Assembly: GCF_016432865.1 (NCBI RefSeq)
Contig: NC_067398.1
Location: 661,416,001-661,480,000, forward strand
Direction: 5' to 3'
DNA: 64,000 nucleotides
Source: Antechinus flavipes
Taxonomy: Eukaryota
The notes under the pieces are model-generated. The model made no database searches. It saw only the letters and a program-made list of their open reading frames with translations, and had not been told where the DNA came from. A program made the translations under genes and the position numbers. Positions 60,350 to 64,000 of the stretch are shown piece by piece; the first letter of the stretch is position 1, and the number at the start of each line of letters is the position of its first letter.

Positions 60350-61200
60350 TGAGGACAGATACTTCTTTTCAGGGCCAGTGACACTGCCAATCACTCTATT
60401 CTTCTGGATATTCTCTTCTCTCTAGGATGTCATGATCCTAACCTCTCTCTGGTCTTCCTCCTATTTGTCTGGACAATCTCCTTTGCTAGAGCCATATCCA
60501 AATAGAGCCTATTCAACAGGCTGCCTCCTATGGCTTTGTTCAGGGCTCTCTCTTTTTTTTTTCTTTTCCCTCTTGCCATTTTGTTTTGTTTTGTGATCTC
60601 ACGAACTCATGCCTTCAATTATCATCTCTGTGTAAATGATTCCCATATCTGTTTGTCTAGGCCTAACATCTGTCCTGACCTCCAGGCTTGAATCTTCACT
60701 GCTTAGTGCACATCTCAAACTGGATATCTCGTAGACATATTAAACTCAACACGTCAAAAACGGAACTCACTATCTTTCTCCCCAAACCCTCCCTTCTTCT
60801 CTTCTTATCTTCCCCATTACTGTAAAAGGAACCACCATAAAACCCATCATCCCTGTTTACAATTTAATGGTCATCTTCAGCTCCTTACTCTCTTTCCATG
60901 TCCAATTGGTCACTAAATCCTATTGTTTCTATCTTTATAACATTTCTCCTCCATATGATGAGACACTGCTGCCTCTGACACTGCCATTACCCTGCTGCAG
61001 GCCCCCTTCCCAACATCACCCTTGTATTATTCCAATAGCCAGCTGCTTGGTCTCCCTGCTTCAATCCTTTCCCTGCTGCAATCCATCCTTCATTTAGTCA
61101 TCTAACTGATCTTCTTAGACTGTAGGTCTGACCAGGTCACTGCATTATTGAATGATTCTAGTGGCTCCCTCTCCCCTCTAGGACCAAATATGAAATTCTC
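60350..61200 (+). mobile_element. L2 fragment in EBI3 intron 1
   Basis: catctcaaactggatatctc.tagacat.ttaaactcaacacgtc.aaaacggaactc pattern. Confidence 0.6.
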
Positions 61201-61539
61201 TGTTGGGCATTTTCAGCCCCTCCTTTCTTCTTTCCAGGTACTCTACAATGCAGGGACACTGGCCTCCTTGCTGTGTATAAAAGGGGATTGCAGGGGAGGT
61301 AGGTGGAAGAAGGGATCGGGGAAGAGAAGACACAATTCTTGACTTCATATCTTTGCTCATCCTTGCTTTTTGAAGGTGTAAGGATTGTGGAGCAAAGATA
61401 AGTTGGAACAAGGGTTCCTTGGGTTTTATCTTATCTCCTGCTCTGACATCTTCCATTCTCTACCGATTAAAGAGGGCCTCTCTTCCGCAGCTCACTTTTT
61501 ATAAACCACCTCTGAGATCCCCCCACTTGCCCCACGTAC

Positions 61540-61645
61540 CTTCTACTTTTGTCCAAACTCTTTGGTGTCCACAGGAGGCCCAGCTCAGAGCCAGAGCCAG
61601 ACTCCAAGTCATGGCAGGGATGGGTCTGGTGGCAGGAGATCCCAT
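61540..61645 (-). CDS. EBI3: EBI3 exon 1 coding part (signal peptide); second in-frame ATG at 61612
   Basis: MGSPATRPIPA-MTWSLALALSWASCGHQRVWTKVE; donor GAAG|gtacg, phase 1. Confidence 0.85.
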
Positions 61646-61724
61646 AGCTTAGAACTTCTGTAGGAGACCAAGAAGGAGCAACACAGTAGTTTCTACTTAC
61701 CACTTACCAGCTGCTTTAGGCTTT

Positions 61725-61815
61725 CTTATATCTAAGCAACTCCAGCTTCCCCAAAATCCCCTGATCATACCCCTCTGGGAAATCCTCCTTCCTGTCCCTC
61801 TTGCCTTTCACTTTC
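61725..61815 (-). promoter_or_regulatory. EBI3 proximal promoter module
   Basis: ATATAAG (TATA-like) 61725-61731, GGGAAATCCT (kB-like) 61777-61786, CAGGAAG (ETS/PU.1-type) 61788-61794, GAAAGTGAAAG (IRF-E/ISRE) 61805-61815. Confidence 0.55.
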
Positions 61816-62625
61816 TAAAGTGACAGTCTTAATCTTAAAAGTCAGAAATAGCTCAAATGACTGGCTTCAGGGCATGTGGCAGAAGAGGCTTCATTGATCC
61901 AAGAGCCCAGGATTAGGACCCATTCATTTGACAGCCTGTCAGTCTGTCTCCCTCCAGCGTCCATGCTGTTGGCCCTGCACTCAGTGTTCAGAGTATGAGT
62001 AAAGGTCTCTGGCCTCTGATCTCTTGCCCCACCAGAAAACTCTGAAAAGCATAGTTTCTAGTTCTCTTGAGAGGAATCCAGGGAGCCTTGGAAAAACGAG
62101 AATGAATCATTGAACATAGGACATGGACCTTGGAAATCACACAGTCCTTCGCCCACATTTTATAAATATGGAAACCAAAACTCAGGGAAGATAAAGGATT
62201 TGCCTAGCAATATGATGTCCTACAAAGAGCACTCTATTTAGAGAGAGGAGCTAAGTTTCGAATTCCAGCTTTGCCACTTACTAGCTCTGACTTTAGGAAA
62301 TTCATTTAATTTTTAGCTGTAAGAAAAACTAGTAGCTAACATCTGAATGTAACCTCCCAGACCTCATTCTTTCTGGGAGGCTAGAGCCATTTGGAATGAC
62401 CAGATCCTCTTCTCCCCATTGAGTCAGGGGCTCGAGGCACCAGTGTACTAGTCAAAGAGATCAAGAACAGTTGCAGGCTGATCTCTCACTGGCTCAGTTT
62501 ATTTTCTTAGGGAAACATGTGGAATCAGGATGGAAGATGAATACAGAATAGAGCTGAGAATCTTAGAAGCTGACACTTGGAAGGGACTTTAGTTCCAGAT
62601 CAGCCTTCTCCCCCAGCTAAGTATC

Positions 62626-62665
62626 ATCATAATTGAACAAAACTCAATCATAATTGAACAAAACT
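62626..62665. repeat. 21-bp-period tandem duplication
   Basis: atcataattgaacaaaact twice, separated by ca. Confidence 0.85.
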
Positions 62666-63375
62666 AAAATTTACAGATACAGACAAAAAGAAACAGTACC
62701 TAATTTCCCTTACTTCCCCAACTGGGAAGAGCCAAAAAACCCCGCTGGGGTTTTCAGGAGCATTGTCAACTGGGAAGCTGGACACTGATTCCTGGAGGAC
62801 CTGAATCAGGACATCTCATGAGCAAGGTAGACATGGCTGAAGGGACCCAGATGGACAGGAAGAAATTATAGACCAAAGACTTTCAGAGCAACCTATGGAC
62901 CTTAGTACACAGGATAGAAGGAACCTCCTCTGACGAAGACCACTGGCATTTCCATTTTTACTGCCCTGGCATTATGATAATTTGAGAAATACCATGACCA
63001 GATCTTCCCACATGAAAAAGGATTCCTTTCTCTCAATTCAGTGCTTCTTTTGTTTCTGTCAAAATTTTTAAATTTATCTTTTATAAAGATCTCATTGGTC
63101 CTGGCATGTTAAGGATAAGTATTTAACATATTTTGTCAGTGCCATTCATGCTATTTTTTTTTACTAACTTCTCATGGTTTCTATTAGGAGTGATAATAAT
63201 CATTCCATCCTCCTAATGCTGTGAGTTTGCTGCTATTATCATACTCATTTTATAGATGAGGAAATAGCCCCAGGGAAAGAAGGAAACTCATCCAGAGTTA
63301 CATAGAAATTAAGTGATTGGGACAGTATTCAAACTCAGGTCTTCCTCATTTTTATACCTTCTCTCTATCCACTGC

Positions 63376-63376
<1 letters not shown>

Positions 63377-63425
<49 letters not shown>
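63377..63425. repeat. (AC)n microsatellite inside a SINE
   Basis: Direct reading. Confidence 0.95.
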
Positions 63426-63429
<4 letters not shown>

Positions 63430-63654
63430 AATGCATCTGACTTTTGTGTTTTTCTTTTCTTTTGATAGGATTTGAATTCGGCTTCTTCTGACTCCAGGGC
63501 CATGTTCTATTCACTACTCCCTCTACCTGCCCCTGTGTTTTCGATTGCTTAAATAATTATTGCCTTTATTGCTTTGGGTTATATGTCACCTGCTAACAAA
63601 AATATTTTAACTGCTTTATTTCTTCAGAATTTAAAGATTCTGTAATTTCATCAG

Positions 63655-63925
63655 GAGTAGCTAGGTGGTGCTGCAGAGGATCGAGTGCCAGCCCTGTAGT
63701 AAGGAAGATTCATTTTCCCTAGTTTAAATATAATCTCAGACTCGTCCTAGCTATGTGATCCTGGACAAGTCATTTAACCCTGTTTGCCTCAGTTTCCTCA
63801 TTTGTAAAATGAGCTGGAAAAGAAAATGACAAAGTACTCCATTATCTCTGCCAGGAAAATCCCAAATAGTTGTCCAACAAAGAGGTGTACACAACTGAAA
63901 AATGAACGACAAAAATTTCATCAGC
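63655..63925 (+). mobile_element. MAR1-type SINE
   Basis: Head gtagctaggtggtgc, core gcctcagtttcctcatttgtaaaatgagctgga, tail tttgccaggaaaatccc-like. Confidence 0.6.
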
Positions 63926-64000
63926 CTTGAATGATACTTCCTTCCCAAGCAGCCACAGCTCTTTGGTAGGAAAGGAAATGGAATAAGCATTTGTACAGCA

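Larger units (their letters stand above)
57528..61645 (-). other. EBI3: EBI3 gene (IL-27/IL-35 beta subunit), 5 exons, 242 aa from first ATG or 231 aa from second
   Basis: Signal peptide, two FN3 domains, four conserved Cys, KPDPP, LSAWS (WSXWS-like); all exons in frame. Confidence 0.95.

Noticed and set aside
61658-61707. Possible 43- or 50-nt ultra-short intron in the EBI3 5' UTR (tandem GTAAGT donors at 61707/61700, pyrimidine-rich acceptor at 61658)
   Set aside because: The TATA-like box at 61725-61731 predicts a TSS near 61700, leaving no room for an upstream exon; no transcript evidence. The acceptor could still serve a more distant exon.

Overview
Vertebrate genomic DNA from a marsupial. 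The L1 3' ends, MAR1/WSINE-type SINEs and an OC1-like hAT MITE suggest a dasyurid (inference). The window holds five spliced protein-coding genes in the same order and relative orientation as human 19p13.3: FSD1 (minus, exons 1-7, runs off the left edge), TMIGD2/CD28H (plus, 5 exons), SHD (minus, 6 coding exons), YJU2/CCDC94 (minus, 8 exons) and EBI3 (minus, 5 exons). I mapped all 31 coding exons by hand to GT-AG boundaries with consistent phases. Thirty are intact (about 3.8 kb of CDS, no indel). The exception is the Ig-domain exon 2 of TMIGD2, which is 1 nt short and frameshifts to a premature stop. A decayed second copy of that exon's 3' half lies about 430 bp upstream of the start codon and independently places the missing base. 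Whether this is true gene inactivation or an assembly error cannot be decided from the sequence alone. The rest is mostly L1, L2, L3/CR1, MIR/MAR1 SINEs and hAT MITEs. Repeat boundaries are approximate unless a TSD is given, repeat family names come from recognition rather than a database search, and not every MIR fragment is listed. No tRNA, rRNA or CRISPR feature was seen. Most ORFs in the supplied track are spurious.
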